DNA of 64,000 nucleotides, taken from positions 228,589-292,588 of the forward strand of contig CAVVUN010000006.1 of the NCBI GenBank assembly GCA_963751455.1, in the 5' to 3' direction. How positions within the stretch are numbered: position 1 is the first letter of the stretch; each line of letters starts with the position of its first letter. Positions 11,011 to 21,552 of the stretch are shown in pieces. The notes under the pieces are model-generated. The model saw only the letters and a list, made by a program, of their open reading frames with translations. It had not been told where the DNA came from and searched no databases. A program made the position numbers and the translations under genes. The DNA comes from Nitrospirota bacterium. GTDB taxonomy: Bacteria; Nitrospirota; UBA9217.

Positions 11011-12381
11011 TTATGCGGCTAGTTTCCTGGGGTCTGTCTCCCGGATGATTGCGCTCACATTCTTCCTGTTGAACCCTTTATAACCTTCGCGGCGCTCGAT
11101 GCTTTCCAGGTGACTGCCTACAGCTCCGTGGGAAAGGAACCTGTCGCCCTGTTCGCTCGTTATGGCCTTCGCCCTGATCAGCGCCTCGATTCGCATTGGG
11201 TCGACCTGCCATTTTTCAGCAGTGCTGAACGCCTGCTTCAGATAATCGAAATTGCTGAACGGGGCCATATACTCGACTCCGTACCGGGCAATATCCTTGA
11301 TGAGACGTTCGAAATCAAAGCGGGCTGCGATATGGTGCACGCCCGCCTGAAGAACTGAATCGCCGTGGAGGGCGCACCACAGCCCAACGGTTCCCAATTT
11401 GTCCGTCGGCTTCAGCTGTTCCCGGGAGAAGTCGGTCTCCACTTCCTCCGGTGCAAGGTCGACATCGAGGAAGAGCGTGAGACCTGATCCGTTCTCCATC
11501 ACTTGTGCGCCCCAACCTGCCTCAGACCCGGCGTAAAAGCGCTCACGGTTCCGGAAGCCCAGCCGGGAAAAGAGGTCCACCAGCCGCGAGAAGTTTCTGC
11601 GCGAGCTGCGGAAAGTGTAATGATCCTGGTTGGCCCACCCGAGCCCCATCGTGTCATGCCGGCCCTGCTGCACACGGGCCGCATAATTTCTGGACAGCCA
11701 GTACGACCGCTCCGACCGGCATATTACGTCTGCCGCAAGATCCGGCCCGAGCTGCGAGATCAAATGGTCAACGGTCCTTCCAATTTCCGCAAACAAGAGA
11801 TCCTCATTATCGTCTACGCGCGACCGGTTCTTCCAGACCTCGCTTGCCCTCAGGTACGTCCGTAGATAAGCATCACCCATGTGAACCGGCTCATAATCCC
11901 TGGTTCCTCTCCGTTCGATTGCCGTCAGGCTTACCCCGTTGTCCGTGCCTAACAAAGCCCGCCTGAATGGACTGTAAGGTGAGCCCTCTATTTCAGCGCG
12001 GAAACCGTTGCACTGAAGGAAGTCGGCAATGCTTTCCACACGAAGTCCCACTCCCTGCTCATGATTTTCGGAAGAATGCCCGGCCAGAACGAAGCCGGGC
12101 AAAACAGCACCCGGATGAAAATAGGCCTCATGACGCCCACCCGCTTTTCGTATGAATCCCAGGGACACGAGTTTTTCCCTTACCTGTTGCGATTTGGCAA
12201 TATAGAAATGATCCACCCAGTCGAGCAGGCGGGAACTGGTCTCCCGGATAAGCCTCTGTTCAAACCGGGCGAGGGTCATGCTTTTTCGCCTGCAGTCATC
12301 AAGGAAATCGAGACATGCTTTTTCCGCTTCGGCATGACGTTGCCAATAAAAACCTTTCTCCTGGTTCATGTAAGCCTCCAA
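11011..12381 (-). CDS. VOC-fold metalloenzyme; divergent DUF1338/HglS-like 2-oxoadipate dioxygenase/decarboxylase candidate
   Basis: DHYTFRS, GVHHIA and HLESIERR..Y.GF....S.II.ET parallel the His/His/Glu motifs and C-terminus of DUF1338; co-oriented with lysine catabolic genes. Confidence 0.55.
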   Translation of the reverse strand: MEAYMNQEKGFYWQRHAEAEKACLDFLDDCRRKSMTLARFEQRLIRETSSRLLDWVDHFYIAKSQQVREKLVSLGFIRKAGGRHEAYFHPGAVLPGFVLAGHSSENHEQGVGLRVESIADFLQCNGFRAEIEGSPYSPFRRALLGTDNGVSLTAIERRGTRDYEPVHMGDAYLRTYLRASEVWKNRSRVDDNEDLLFAEIGRTVDHLISQLGPDLAADVICRSERSYWLSRNYAARVQQGRHDTMGLGWANQDHYTFRSSRRNFSRLVDLFSRLGFRNRERFYAGSEAGWGAQVMENGSGLTLFLDVDLAPEEVETDFSREQLKPTDKLGTVGLWCALHGDSVLQAGVHHIAARFDFERLIKDIARYGVEYMAPFSNFDYLKQAFSTAEKWQVDPMRIEALIRAKAITSEQGDRFLSHGAVGSHLESIERREGYKGFNRKNVSAIIRETDPRKLAA

Positions 12382-12417
12382 AGGATAAACTTACGCCATC
12401 GTAATTAAAGAAAGCTA

Positions 12418-12515
12418 AAGGCGTCTCGCGCAAAGCCCGCAGAGGTCGCAAAGAGAAGCGAAAATCAGATTTATTTCATATCCTTAATTTTGCGTCTTGG
12501 CGCCTTTGCGAGAAA
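12418..12515. repeat. REP-like inverted repeat, family A (CGCAAAG tandem units)
   Basis: CTAAAGGCGTCTCGCGCAAAGCC is shared with 54485; further copies near 13071, 21567, 59767 and 63525. Confidence 0.8.
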
Positions 12516-12801
12516 ATGAATTCAGGTCTTTATCCGTGAGGTCCGTGTCCATCAGTGGCTAATTATCTTTTTCTCGGTTTGCTGTGGCAAAACTGTTACA
12601 GTTCTAAAAGATCCTGTACTTCATGCCAGGAAGTTCAGCCAGTATTCGCGCTATGCGAAATACTTAGACTCATTGTCGTACCATCTCGCTGAGAATCGCG
12701 AGACAGGAATCAAGGGCCTCATAACCACTGGCCGCAGGCGAGATCCTTGTTTTTTTTCTGCACCCCATTCACAGGTCCATGCAAGCCGCAGGTCATACTA
12801 A

Positions 12802-12951
12802 AGCAAACGCATTAATTTGTGTTAAATCTCCCCTGGCCCCTCTTTTCCAAAGAGGAGAATAAAAGGATCTCCCCCTTTGAAAAAGGGGGATTAAGGGGGA
12901 TTTAAGCATCAGCGATTCAACAAACAGGTAACAATATTAAATGCGTCTGTA
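12802..12951. mobile_element. MITE with YTAR-like flanks carrying a CCCCCTTT/AAAGGGGG palindromic repeat
   Basis: Imperfect TIRs CAAACGCATT / AATGCGTCTG, flanked by CTAA and TTAG. Confidence 0.6.
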
Positions 12952-12955
12952 TTAG

Positions 12956-13253
12956 TGCCACTGTAAAAATGTTTTTTGATAGTTCTGCACCTCTGCTTGC
13001 ACGTCACCCGGCATGATTAGTCGGGTTCCGGTAGTCAGTTACAAATAGAATTTATCTCAAAACGGCAAAGAATATTTACCGCGATGTCGCGAGGAACGCG
13101 AGGAAAGCGAAATTCCCGTAACATGTAAGAGAAGTATCGCCTTCCTGGCGACCTTTGCGCCCTCGCGGTTCAATCTTATTGGTTCTGGTTTGACCCGCGA
13201 AAAGCACGCCGGAATGACGGCGTTGAACCTTTAATAATTAAGTTTACGCTGTA
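12956..13253. mobile_element. MITE with CTAG/TTAG target (IS701-like signature) and a nested family A repeat at 13071-13173
   Basis: Homologous to 30912-31077, sharing GCCGGAATGACGGCGTTGAACC and TAAGTTTACG..GTACTAG. Confidence 0.75.
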
Positions 13254-13495
13254 CTAGGCCACTATCCATCCGCGGCACTCACGCTTCGCTGAACTTCGCT
13301 TCGCTGTGCCGTTCCAGCTGAGAGGTTTAATAACGTTTTTTTCACGCATGACAAAGCATGTACCTGCTCACGCCCTACTCACGCACTGCGCACTCGAAGT
13401 CGTTGGGTGCAGGCGGGATGCAGGGGTTCTGGGGGAAAAGATTCCAGGCTTTTCCCAAAACCGCGGACGAGACCGAATATAATGCATGCTTTCAT

Positions 13496-13659
13496 CCTAA
13501 AAACGGCATTTGAACACGGATGAACACGGAAACAGCGGATCAAAACAATGTGATAGAGCAAAAAGCCATCTCGCCTTTTGGGTGAATCCATTACTGTTCG
13601 TAACTTCCTATAAATCCGTGTTGATCAGATTTTATCCGTGTCCAACTGCTTTTTTCAGG
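13496..13659. mobile_element. MITE with CCT(A/G)AAAA ends and 5-bp target duplication (IS1380-like signature)
   Basis: Colinear with the reverse complement of 33770-33933; flanks TTCAT/CTCAT. Confidence 0.8.
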
Positions 13660-13728
13660 CTCATCCGTGTTCATCCGTGGTTAAATTGGGCGGCTCAGTT
13701 ATTTTCTCTGTGCTCTCTGTGGTAAAGC

Positions 13729-15321
13729 TTAACTTTCCAAAAGATCCGGACGCATATTGTCGGTAATGGGTGCGTCATTGAACATGGCCCCGGGATTGAA
13801 GAGGTCGCCGGGATCGAAGATGTTCTTGACCTCGCGCATGTACCCGTACAATGCTTCACCCCATTCCCTTTTTAAATAAGGCGCCCGAAGCCTTCCCATT
13901 CCGTGTTCCGCGGTCACCGTGCCTCCATAGCGCAGCACTGTTTCATATACATCGTCTGCAAGCCTGCGGACTCTTCCGGGAAGGTCCGGCAGGGATGTGT
14001 CGAAAAGCGGACGGAGATGAAGGTTCCCGTTTCCCGCATGGCCATATATCGGCGAAATCACGCCATGCCTCTCGAAAACCTGCTGCACTTCGGTAATGAA
14101 TGCGGACAGATGTTCGGGTGGAACACCGACATCATTGACAACGGCAAGCGCCCTCATGCCCGGTTTAGGATGCTCGATCAGCCAGAGTACCTGCTTTCGA
14201 AGCTCCCAGAGGCTCTGCATTTCGCACACGCTTTGCGCAACCGAAAGAGGTTCAGGCATTTTCAGCCCTGATTGCTGCAGCACGGTAACGGCCTGCTGAA
14301 CTTTATCCGTCAATTCTGATCCGGAAAACTCAACCAGAAGCAGATGCGCATCCCGTGCAAGGCGTCGTGTCCATTTGCGGTTAGCGTTCGGGAGGTCCCT
14401 GATGATCTGAAGTGTTTCACGGCTGACAAGCTCTATCGCTGCCGCATCAAGGTCGCGCAAAACAGTTACTGCCCTGCCTGCCTCCGCCAGATCATCAAAC
14501 AAAAGAAGAACCACTGCCCGTTCCGGTTCAAGCAGTTCAGCTCGCAGTGTTGCGCGGGTGATAAAGCCAAGGGTGCCGACACTCCCCGCAACAAGGTGCA
14601 GGATGAGCTGCCCTGCGGTGAGCCCGTCAAGAAACGCAGACAGATTGTATCCACTCGCGGTTTTAAACCTTTTTCGGGCCTCCAGCGCCCGCACTGATAC
14701 CCTGTCCTTGCTGATCTTCCGCTCCAGATCAGCCAGTTTGTTCTTGAGGGATTGCGGTATGGACGTTTCGTCCGCTGTGTTTATAACGTCGCCCCCCGCT
14801 GTGACTAATTCGACGGATTCGAGGAAGCGGTCGATCGAACCATACTTCAGAGCATGAGGACCGCTTGCCCTGGTAGCGATGTTGCCGCCGATCCGGCTGA
14901 TAGCAGCGCTCGTGACATCAGCCGGAAGAAAGAAACCGTGATCCTTCAGGAACTCCTGCAGCTCATTGTGATAGACTCCTGCAGCTGCAGACACGGTCGC
15001 GGTCCGGGCCTTTGCTGAAAAACCCGATATCCGGCTCCAGAACTCGTTCTTCGGCAGTGCTAAAACAATACCCCGGCCAAGCGCGCTTCCCGCTGTTCCC
15101 GATCCTCCGGCCCGACAAGTGATTGGCACACCTTCATCCCGGGCAAACCGGACGATTGCAAGGACGTCTTCGATGTCCTCGGGAAGGACTACGAGCAGCG
15201 GTTTTATTTCATAGATGCTCTGGTCTCTCGAAAACCGGCCAAGCGATTTGGGATCAACGAGAACATCGCCCCGCACCAGCTCGCGCAGTTTTGCGGCAAC
15301 TATATTCTCAATGATTTGCAT
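13729..15321 (-). CDS. FAD-linked oxidoreductase (GlcD/D-2-hydroxyacid dehydrogenase family)
   Basis: RAGGSGTAG, IGGNIATRASGPHALKYG, GSVGTLG, GHAGNGNLHLRP, TAEHGMG, DPGDLFNPG. Confidence 0.88.
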   Translation of the reverse strand: MQIIENIVAAKLRELVRGDVLVDPKSLGRFSRDQSIYEIKPLLVVLPEDIEDVLAIVRFARDEGVPITCRAGGSGTAGSALGRGIVLALPKNEFWSRISGFSAKARTATVSAAAGVYHNELQEFLKDHGFFLPADVTSAAISRIGGNIATRASGPHALKYGSIDRFLESVELVTAGGDVINTADETSIPQSLKNKLADLERKISKDRVSVRALEARKRFKTASGYNLSAFLDGLTAGQLILHLVAGSVGTLGFITRATLRAELLEPERAVVLLLFDDLAEAGRAVTVLRDLDAAAIELVSRETLQIIRDLPNANRKWTRRLARDAHLLLVEFSGSELTDKVQQAVTVLQQSGLKMPEPLSVAQSVCEMQSLWELRKQVLWLIEHPKPGMRALAVVNDVGVPPEHLSAFITEVQQVFERHGVISPIYGHAGNGNLHLRPLFDTSLPDLPGRVRRLADDVYETVLRYGGTVTAEHGMGRLRAPYLKREWGEALYGYMREVKNIFDPGDLFNPGAMFNDAPITDNMRPDLLES

Positions 15322-15476
15322 AATTCGAAATCCATTCGGACGCGGATGAACGCAGATAAACGCTGATTAAGACTCTTATTGAAATATTTATTCAGCCGGG
15401 ACTTAAGATAAATAACTTTTTTAGGTTTATCTGCGTTTATCCGTCTTTTCTGCGTCCCGATTTGCTCTTTCCAGGG

Positions 15477-16850
15477 TCAAATACCGCCCACGGGGCACAA
15501 CTCCGCATAGATCTCGGTTCGGGCATAGTCCCCCTTTGCCAGGACTCCGCGGATGATGCCGATTGCCTGCAGAATTTCGTCTGAAGAAACGATCAGGTGC
15601 GGACGGAAACGGATGCTCTTTTCACCGCAGCCGACCAGCAGAAGTTTTTCCTTCAGGAAGGCCTTTACGAGCTGGTCACGGGTCCGCGTGTCCGGCGCAT
15701 CAACGGCGCACATAAGCCCCCGGCCTCTGGCATTCGAGACTACTTCGGGGAAGTCTCTTTCCAGTTTCTGCAGTTCCAGGAGCAGCACGTCTCCCTGTAC
15801 CCGCGCGTTCTCGACGAGCTGCTCCTCCTCGAGAATGCGGAGGATATGGGTGCACCGGACCATGTCGATCAGATTGCCCCCGAAGGTGGAGTTGATGCGG
15901 CTTCGCTGCGTAAACACGTTGCATCCGACCTCGTCGATTCTGCGGGACGCAAGGATACCGCAGACCTGGGTCTTTTTGCCGAATACGAGAATATCCGGCA
16001 GAACTTCGAAATGTTCGTACGCCCAAAATTTCCCGGTGAGCCCCACGCCGGTCTGTACCTCATCGAAGATAAGCAGGATCTCATGCTCGTCGCAGATACG
16101 CCGCAAAGCCTGGAAAAACTCCTTCCTGAAATGGTTGTCCCCGCCTTCCGCCTGGATGGGCTCTATGATGATCGCGGCGATGTCGCCCTTCTCCTGCTCT
16201 ATCACTTCGTGGATTTCGCGCAAGGCGCCTTGCTCGCGTTCCCTGACCTTTGCAAGGTTTTCCTGTGTAAGCGGAAAGGTCATCTTAGGATTGCTGATCC
16301 GCGGCCAGGGGAATTTCGGGAAATACTGTGTTTTGCGGGGATCGAAGGTATTCGTAAGGGACAGGGTATATCCGCTTCTGCCGTGAAACGCCTGGCGAAA
16401 ATGGATTATCTGTGTTCCCTTCTCGCTTATCAATCCGCGGGTAAGGTTCTTCCGGACCTTCCAGTCGAACGCGGTCTTGAGCGCGTTTTCCACGGCAAGC
16501 GCACCGCCTTCGATAAAGAACACGTGCGGAAGATCGGCCGGGATGGCGACCCGCGAAAAAGTGTCGACAAATTCAGCGAGCGCGGTGGTATACATGTCGG
16601 AATTCGACGGCTTGTTCACAGCGCTACGGCCAAGCTGCTCCTGGACCTCGACCAGGCGGGGATGGTTATAACCTACTGCCATGGATGAATACATCGAGAA
16701 GAAATCTAGATAGCGGTCTCCGTTACGCTGGTCAACCAGCCAGGAACCGGAGGATTTTTCCGGATCGAAAATGATGTCGAAGCCCTCGGCCAGCAGATGC
16801 CTGGCAACGGTCTTTTTCACGTCCTGCGGCTGGATCACGGTTGCCTCCAT
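15477..16850 (-). CDS. lat: L-lysine 6-aminotransferase
   Basis: NKPSNSD, GGALAVENALKTAFDWK, AFHGRSGYTLSLTNT, FGKKTQVCG, SRINSTFGGNL. Confidence 0.93.
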   Translation of the reverse strand: MEATVIQPQDVKKTVARHLLAEGFDIIFDPEKSSGSWLVDQRNGDRYLDFFSMYSSMAVGYNHPRLVEVQEQLGRSAVNKPSNSDMYTTALAEFVDTFSRVAIPADLPHVFFIEGGALAVENALKTAFDWKVRKNLTRGLISEKGTQIIHFRQAFHGRSGYTLSLTNTFDPRKTQYFPKFPWPRISNPKMTFPLTQENLAKVREREQGALREIHEVIEQEKGDIAAIIIEPIQAEGGDNHFRKEFFQALRRICDEHEILLIFDEVQTGVGLTGKFWAYEHFEVLPDILVFGKKTQVCGILASRRIDEVGCNVFTQRSRINSTFGGNLIDMVRCTHILRILEEEQLVENARVQGDVLLLELQKLERDFPEVVSNARGRGLMCAVDAPDTRTRDQLVKAFLKEKLLLVGCGEKSIRFRPHLIVSSDEILQAIGIIRGVLAKGDYARTEIYAELCPVGGI

Positions 16851-17108
16851 TAAGATTTTTATCCGCAGATTACACAGATTTCACAGATTATTTAATCTAT
16901 GCTATCTCTGCACAGAGATCAGAGACTAAAGATAGTATTAAAACTTAACTTTCTTTTGACACGGATAAAAACGGAAGAACGAAATGCATAATTTTTTTCT
17001 ACAAAATCTGCCATTCTGTAATCTTCGTGTCCTTTCAGAATTTACATGCATTTCACAGATTCTTAAATCTGCGTTAATCTGCGAAATCTGCGGATAAAGT
17101 CTCGATGA

Positions 17109-18644
17109 CTACTCGATCTCAAACCTGATCCCCTGCGCCAGCGGCAGCGAAGTGCCGTAGTTGATTGTCACGGTCTGACGCCGCATGTAGTTCTTCCAGA
17201 CATCGGAGCCCGATTCGCGGCCGCCGCCCGTTTGTTTTTCTCCGCCGAACGCGCCGCCTATCTCAGCCCCGGATGTGCCCATGTTGACGTTCGCGATGCC
17301 GCAGTCGGAACCGGCTGCGGAAAGAAACTCTTCGGTCTCTCTCAGGTCGGTTGTGAAAATTGCGGACGAAAGACCGTGCTTTGCAGCGTTCTGGAGGGCA
17401 ATGGCCTGGATAGCGTCGCCTGAATATTTTATGAGATAGAGGATCGGCCCGAACGTCTCCTCCTGTACAATCGGTAAATGGTTCTCCGCCTCAACAATTG
17501 CGGGAATCACGTAGCAGCCGGATTCAAAACCTTTGCCCGTGAGTGCCGTTCCCCCATAGAGCAACCGGCATCCCTGCGCCTTGCCTGCTTCGAGCGCGGT
17601 CGAGAAAGCAATGACGGCTTGCGTGTCAATCAGCGGCCCGACGTTGTTCTTTTCATCCAGGGGATTGCCGATCCTCAGGCCTTTATACGCTTTAACGAGC
17701 GAATCCCGGACCTTTTCATAGATATTCTCGTGTACGATCAGGCGGCGTGCTGTTGTGCAGCGCTGCCCGGCCGTACCTACTGCGCCGAAAACAACCGCAC
17801 GCAGGGCAAGCTTCAGGTCCGCATGCTCTGTCAGGATGATCGCGTTGTTGCCGCTCAGTTCCAGGATCGTCCTTCCCAGCCTTTCCGCCACGACTTGCGC
17901 GGCATGGCGACCCACGGGGACAGAGCCGGTAAAGGATATGAGCGGCACCCGCCCGTCCCTGAGCAGCAAATCTCCGATTGTCGAGCCCTCGCCGATTACG
18001 AGTGAGAAGATACCTTCCGGAAGCTCATTTTCCTTCAGCACCTGTGCGATTATTTTCTGAACGGCAATGGCTGAAAGCGGGACCTTGGACGAGGGTTTCC
18101 AGATAGTAACGTCCCCGCAGACCGCAGCGATCATCGCGTTCCAGGACCAGACCGCCACGGGAAAGTTGAAGGACGTTACGATACCGACAATCCCGAGCGG
18201 ATGGTACTGCTCGTACATGCGGTGCTGCTCGCGCTCCGAATGCATGGTAAATCCGTGCAGCATCCGGGACTGGCCGACGGCAAAATCGCAGATATCGATC
18301 ATTTCCTGGACTTCGCCCAGCCCCTCCTGAAGCGACTTGCCCATTTCGTACGAAACCAGTGTGCCGAGCGGTTCCTTGAAAGCCCGCAGTCGTATACCGA
18401 TCTGGCGCACGATATCGCCGCGCTTCGGCGCAGGCACCTTACGCCAGCCAATAAAAGCCTCTTCTGCAACGCTGACCGCTTTTTGGTACCCTTCCGGCGA
18501 TGCCTGGCTTACTGAGCCTATCACTTTGCCGTCAACAGGGGAAACGACAGTGAGCAGCGGACCGCCGGCTTCCCTGTCCCACCGGCTGCCTGTCGAAACT
18601 CCGGAATTATTTTTCTCGATGCCGAGCTTCGTGATGAAATCCAT
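17109..18644 (-). CDS. pcd: Family 7 aldehyde dehydrogenase (2-aminoadipate semialdehyde/P6C dehydrogenase)
   Basis: GEVQEMIDICDFAVGQSR, LELSGNNA, VGTAGQRCTT, SDCGIANVN, GAEIGGAFGGEK; adjacent to lat. Start MDFITKL. Confidence 0.9.
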   Translation of the reverse strand: MDFITKLGIEKNNSGVSTGSRWDREAGGPLLTVVSPVDGKVIGSVSQASPEGYQKAVSVAEEAFIGWRKVPAPKRGDIVRQIGIRLRAFKEPLGTLVSYEMGKSLQEGLGEVQEMIDICDFAVGQSRMLHGFTMHSEREQHRMYEQYHPLGIVGIVTSFNFPVAVWSWNAMIAAVCGDVTIWKPSSKVPLSAIAVQKIIAQVLKENELPEGIFSLVIGEGSTIGDLLLRDGRVPLISFTGSVPVGRHAAQVVAERLGRTILELSGNNAIILTEHADLKLALRAVVFGAVGTAGQRCTTARRLIVHENIYEKVRDSLVKAYKGLRIGNPLDEKNNVGPLIDTQAVIAFSTALEAGKAQGCRLLYGGTALTGKGFESGCYVIPAIVEAENHLPIVQEETFGPILYLIKYSGDAIQAIALQNAAKHGLSSAIFTTDLRETEEFLSAAGSDCGIANVNMGTSGAEIGGAFGGEKQTGGGRESGSDVWKNYMRRQTVTINYGTSLPLAQGIRFEIE

Positions 18645-18743
18645 TGCCGCCGCTCCCCGTACGAGACCTGCATTGTGAATCACCTTCTCATACTATAAGT
18701 ATAATTGCCTTGCGCTGCGTCGGCAAGTACGCTGAATTATTAA

Positions 18744-18850
18744 CCTAAAAACGGCAGTTGCTCTTGTTTTGGCCGCAAAGCTTGCCGCCGGTTACGAGTG
18801 GAATCGCGAGTGCAGGGTGAGTTCTCTGCGGTTAACTGCTTTTTATCAGG
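18744..18850. mobile_element. Short MITE with IS1380-like ends, containing a family E mini-insert
   Basis: CCTAAAAACGGCAGTT...AACTGCTTTTTATCAGG flanked by exact ATTAA direct repeats. Confidence 0.75.
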
Positions 18851-18909
18851 ATTAAACGTCTATAACAGGCCCTGACATGGCATCAAGTCAGCGTTTCCTG
18901 TCATCCAAG

Positions 18910-18990
18910 CCGTCATTCCGGGCTTTGACCCGGAACCCAGCGGCTTTCTTCGATAAGACCCTGGATTCCTGCATTTCGCAGGAATGACGC
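18910..18990. repeat. REP-like repeat, family C (GTCATTCC...GGAATGAC)
   Basis: Same ends recur at 21663-21740, 30960-31043 and 38555-38650. Confidence 0.75.
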
Positions 18991-19163
18991 AGTAGCGGTG
19001 TACTTATATGGAGTAGTATTCAGGAAAAACCGGGGAAGTTTGCGGAGCACAATCTGACCGTCACAGCAAGATGATATTTTTACGACATTTTTATTACAGT
19101 CAAAGCTCGCCTGGTATTTACTCGCGCCATGATGAAGATCAGCCATCCCTGACGTTCGTTTTT

Positions 19164-21374
19164 CTATTTTCCCGCGGTCACCAATTCTTTAAACTCTTCT
19201 GCCGGCAGCGGCTTGCTGAAAAAAAAGCCCTGCGCTTCATCGCAACTGAGAGCCCGAAGAAATGAAAACTGGGTCCTGTCTTCAACGCCTTCGGCAACCA
19301 CTTTCAGTTTCATCGAGTGCGCCATGAGCAGAACCGCCGTAATTATCTTGCGGTCGTCGCTGTTGCTCGCGATGTCTCTGATAAATGATCTATCTATCTT
19401 CAGTTTCCGGATCCGCAGCCGTTTCAGACGGCTCAGAGAGGAGTAGCCGGTGCCGAAATCATCGATGGATACATTGACTCCCATGTTTGCCAGTTGATCG
19501 AGACGGAATATGGTGCTCTCAATATTTTGCATTGCGACTGTTTCCGTAATCTCGATACTCAGGCATTCAGCCGGCAAACCGGTTTTCTCAAGGATGCCGG
19601 AGATCCGTTTGACGAGGTCGGAGCTTTCAAACTGTCTTGCCGAAACGTTTACCGTCACGCAGATAGGGGGGAGGCCTCCGGCGCTCCACAAATTGATCTG
19701 CTCAGCGACCGCATTCAGGACCCATGCGTCGAGCTCGGATAGGAGGCCGATGTCTTCCGCCGTAGCGAAAAACTGTTCAGGCAGGAGAAGTCCTCTTTCC
19801 GGGTGCTGCCACCGCAGGAGCGCTTCACCCGATACGATATTCCTTGATTTCACGTTTACCAGGGGCTGGTAATACAGGCGGAATTCATTGCGTTCAAGCG
19901 CCTGCCGCAGGCTGTTTTCAAATTTCATCCGCTCCACGGAACGCGTGTTTATGACAGGATTATAGAACTGCAGGTTGTTGCGGCCCTTATCCTTGGCATG
20001 ATACATTGCGATGTCGGCAAAGCGAAGAAGCGTTTCCCCGTCTTCGCCGTCATCCGGAAAGACGCTTATGCCGATGCTTGTTGAGACGTTTATTGCGTGG
20101 CCGTTGATCTTGAACGGCTTCCTGATTTCATTCAGAAGCTTACAGCCCACTTCGGAAGCATATTCCGGCCGGTCGATGTCGGAAAGTATGAGATTGAACT
20201 CATCGCCTCCGATGCGCGCCACGGTATCCGATTCTCTCACCGTGCTCTTGAGGCGCGCGGCAGCTTCTGTGAGGAGCGCATCTCCGGCGTCGTGTCCGAG
20301 CGTGTCATTGATCTCCTTGAACCGGTCCAGGTCAAGGAAGAGCACGGCCAGCTTTTTATTGTGCCGCCTCATCTGGGCCAGCTCAACATGGATGATCTCG
20401 TTAAAAAGCCGCCTGTTCGGCAGACCGGTGAGCGCATCATGCTGCGCCATGTGCCTCATAGCTTCCTCCATCTCCCTGCGCTCGTCGTACAGGCGGGCGT
20501 TTTCGAGGGCAAGGGAAAGAGAAGCGGAAAGCTTCCTGATAAAATCCAGGTGAGTCTCTGTAAAAAAGAACGGGGTGAGGGAAAAAAAATTCATAATGCC
20601 CAGGACGCTTTTTTTGATTATCAAAGGAGCCGCCATCATCGAGCGTATGCCGTATTTCCGCACCATCTCGGGATTAAGCCGCTCGTCATTCATTGCGTCA
20701 TTGAAGGCGACTACATCCTTGACTGATGCGGCATACTGAGCACCCTTTGCTTCCCTGGATAAAAGGTATTGACCGATGACGCTTTCCGGCATGTTGTATA
20801 CATACCGTATGATCAAACGCTCGCCCTCGAACAATCCCAGTGAGGATGCATCGGTCCCTATCGATTTAGCGGCTTCTGCGATCACCCGCTGCATGATCTT
20901 GTCAAGCTCGAGCGTCGAGTGAATAACGACATTCAGCCTGTTCAGCGCGTCACTCAGGTCTTTTGCGCTCCTGAGTTGATCGTCCGCCCGCTTGCGCTCT
21001 ATCGCATAGCGTATGGATCTCATCAGAAGTCCGCTGTCAAGCTGTCCTTTTATCAGGTAGTCTTGACCTCCGAAACGTATCGCTTGCGTGGCGATCTCCT
21101 GGTCGTCGAGTCCCGTCAGAACAATGATGGGAACAACCGTATCTTTATCATGAACCTTCCGGAGTGTATCGATTCCCTGGCTATCAGGGAGCCCGAGGTC
21201 GAGCAAGACAACATCGAAATGCCTGTCTTTCAGCTGCGCAAGTCCCTCGGATAGACGCTGAACATGTGAAATTACAAACTTTGGATTCGTTGATATCTCC
21301 AGCATGTGCCTGATAAGATAGGTATCCTTCAGATTATCCTCAATCATAAACACTTTTATGGCTGTATCACCCAT
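19164..21374 (-). CDS. REC-GAF-GGDEF-EAL c-di-GMP cyclase/phosphodiesterase
   Basis: LLDLGLPDS receiver, GAF ending ALENARLY, intact RIGGDEF, GEALLRW and DDFGTGYSSL. Confidence 0.95.
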   Translation of the reverse strand: MGDTAIKVFMIEDNLKDTYLIRHMLEISTNPKFVISHVQRLSEGLAQLKDRHFDVVLLDLGLPDSQGIDTLRKVHDKDTVVPIIVLTGLDDQEIATQAIRFGGQDYLIKGQLDSGLLMRSIRYAIERKRADDQLRSAKDLSDALNRLNVVIHSTLELDKIMQRVIAEAAKSIGTDASSLGLFEGERLIIRYVYNMPESVIGQYLLSREAKGAQYAASVKDVVAFNDAMNDERLNPEMVRKYGIRSMMAAPLIIKKSVLGIMNFFSLTPFFFTETHLDFIRKLSASLSLALENARLYDERREMEEAMRHMAQHDALTGLPNRRLFNEIIHVELAQMRRHNKKLAVLFLDLDRFKEINDTLGHDAGDALLTEAAARLKSTVRESDTVARIGGDEFNLILSDIDRPEYASEVGCKLLNEIRKPFKINGHAINVSTSIGISVFPDDGEDGETLLRFADIAMYHAKDKGRNNLQFYNPVINTRSVERMKFENSLRQALERNEFRLYYQPLVNVKSRNIVSGEALLRWQHPERGLLLPEQFFATAEDIGLLSELDAWVLNAVAEQINLWSAGGLPPICVTVNVSARQFESSDLVKRISGILEKTGLPAECLSIEITETVAMQNIESTIFRLDQLANMGVNVSIDDFGTGYSSLSRLKRLRIRKLKIDRSFIRDIASNSDDRKIITAVLLMAHSMKLKVVAEGVEDRTQFSFLRALSCDEAQGFFFSKPLPAEEFKELVTAGK

Positions 21375-21552
21375 TTCATTCTTATACCCGTTTTTCTGAT
21401 GTTCACCTTCGTAGTGCGGTCTTCGGCCGCAGCCAATGCAAATTGTAAATTGACTTGCACCCAGCGATTACGAGTGCGCAAGCGCGAGTGCAGGGTGAAA
21501 ATTGCAAAGTTGTGGTATGGCCGTTGGCCATGATTTAATATGTAAATCATTT

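Noticed and set aside
12382-13728. Repeat-dense spacer considered as a CRISPR array
   Set aside because: No identical, regularly spaced direct repeats with unique spacers and no cas genes; it resolves into nested MITEs and REPs.
15553-16688. 277-aa and 363-aa plus-strand ORFs
   Set aside because: Antisense shadows of lat.
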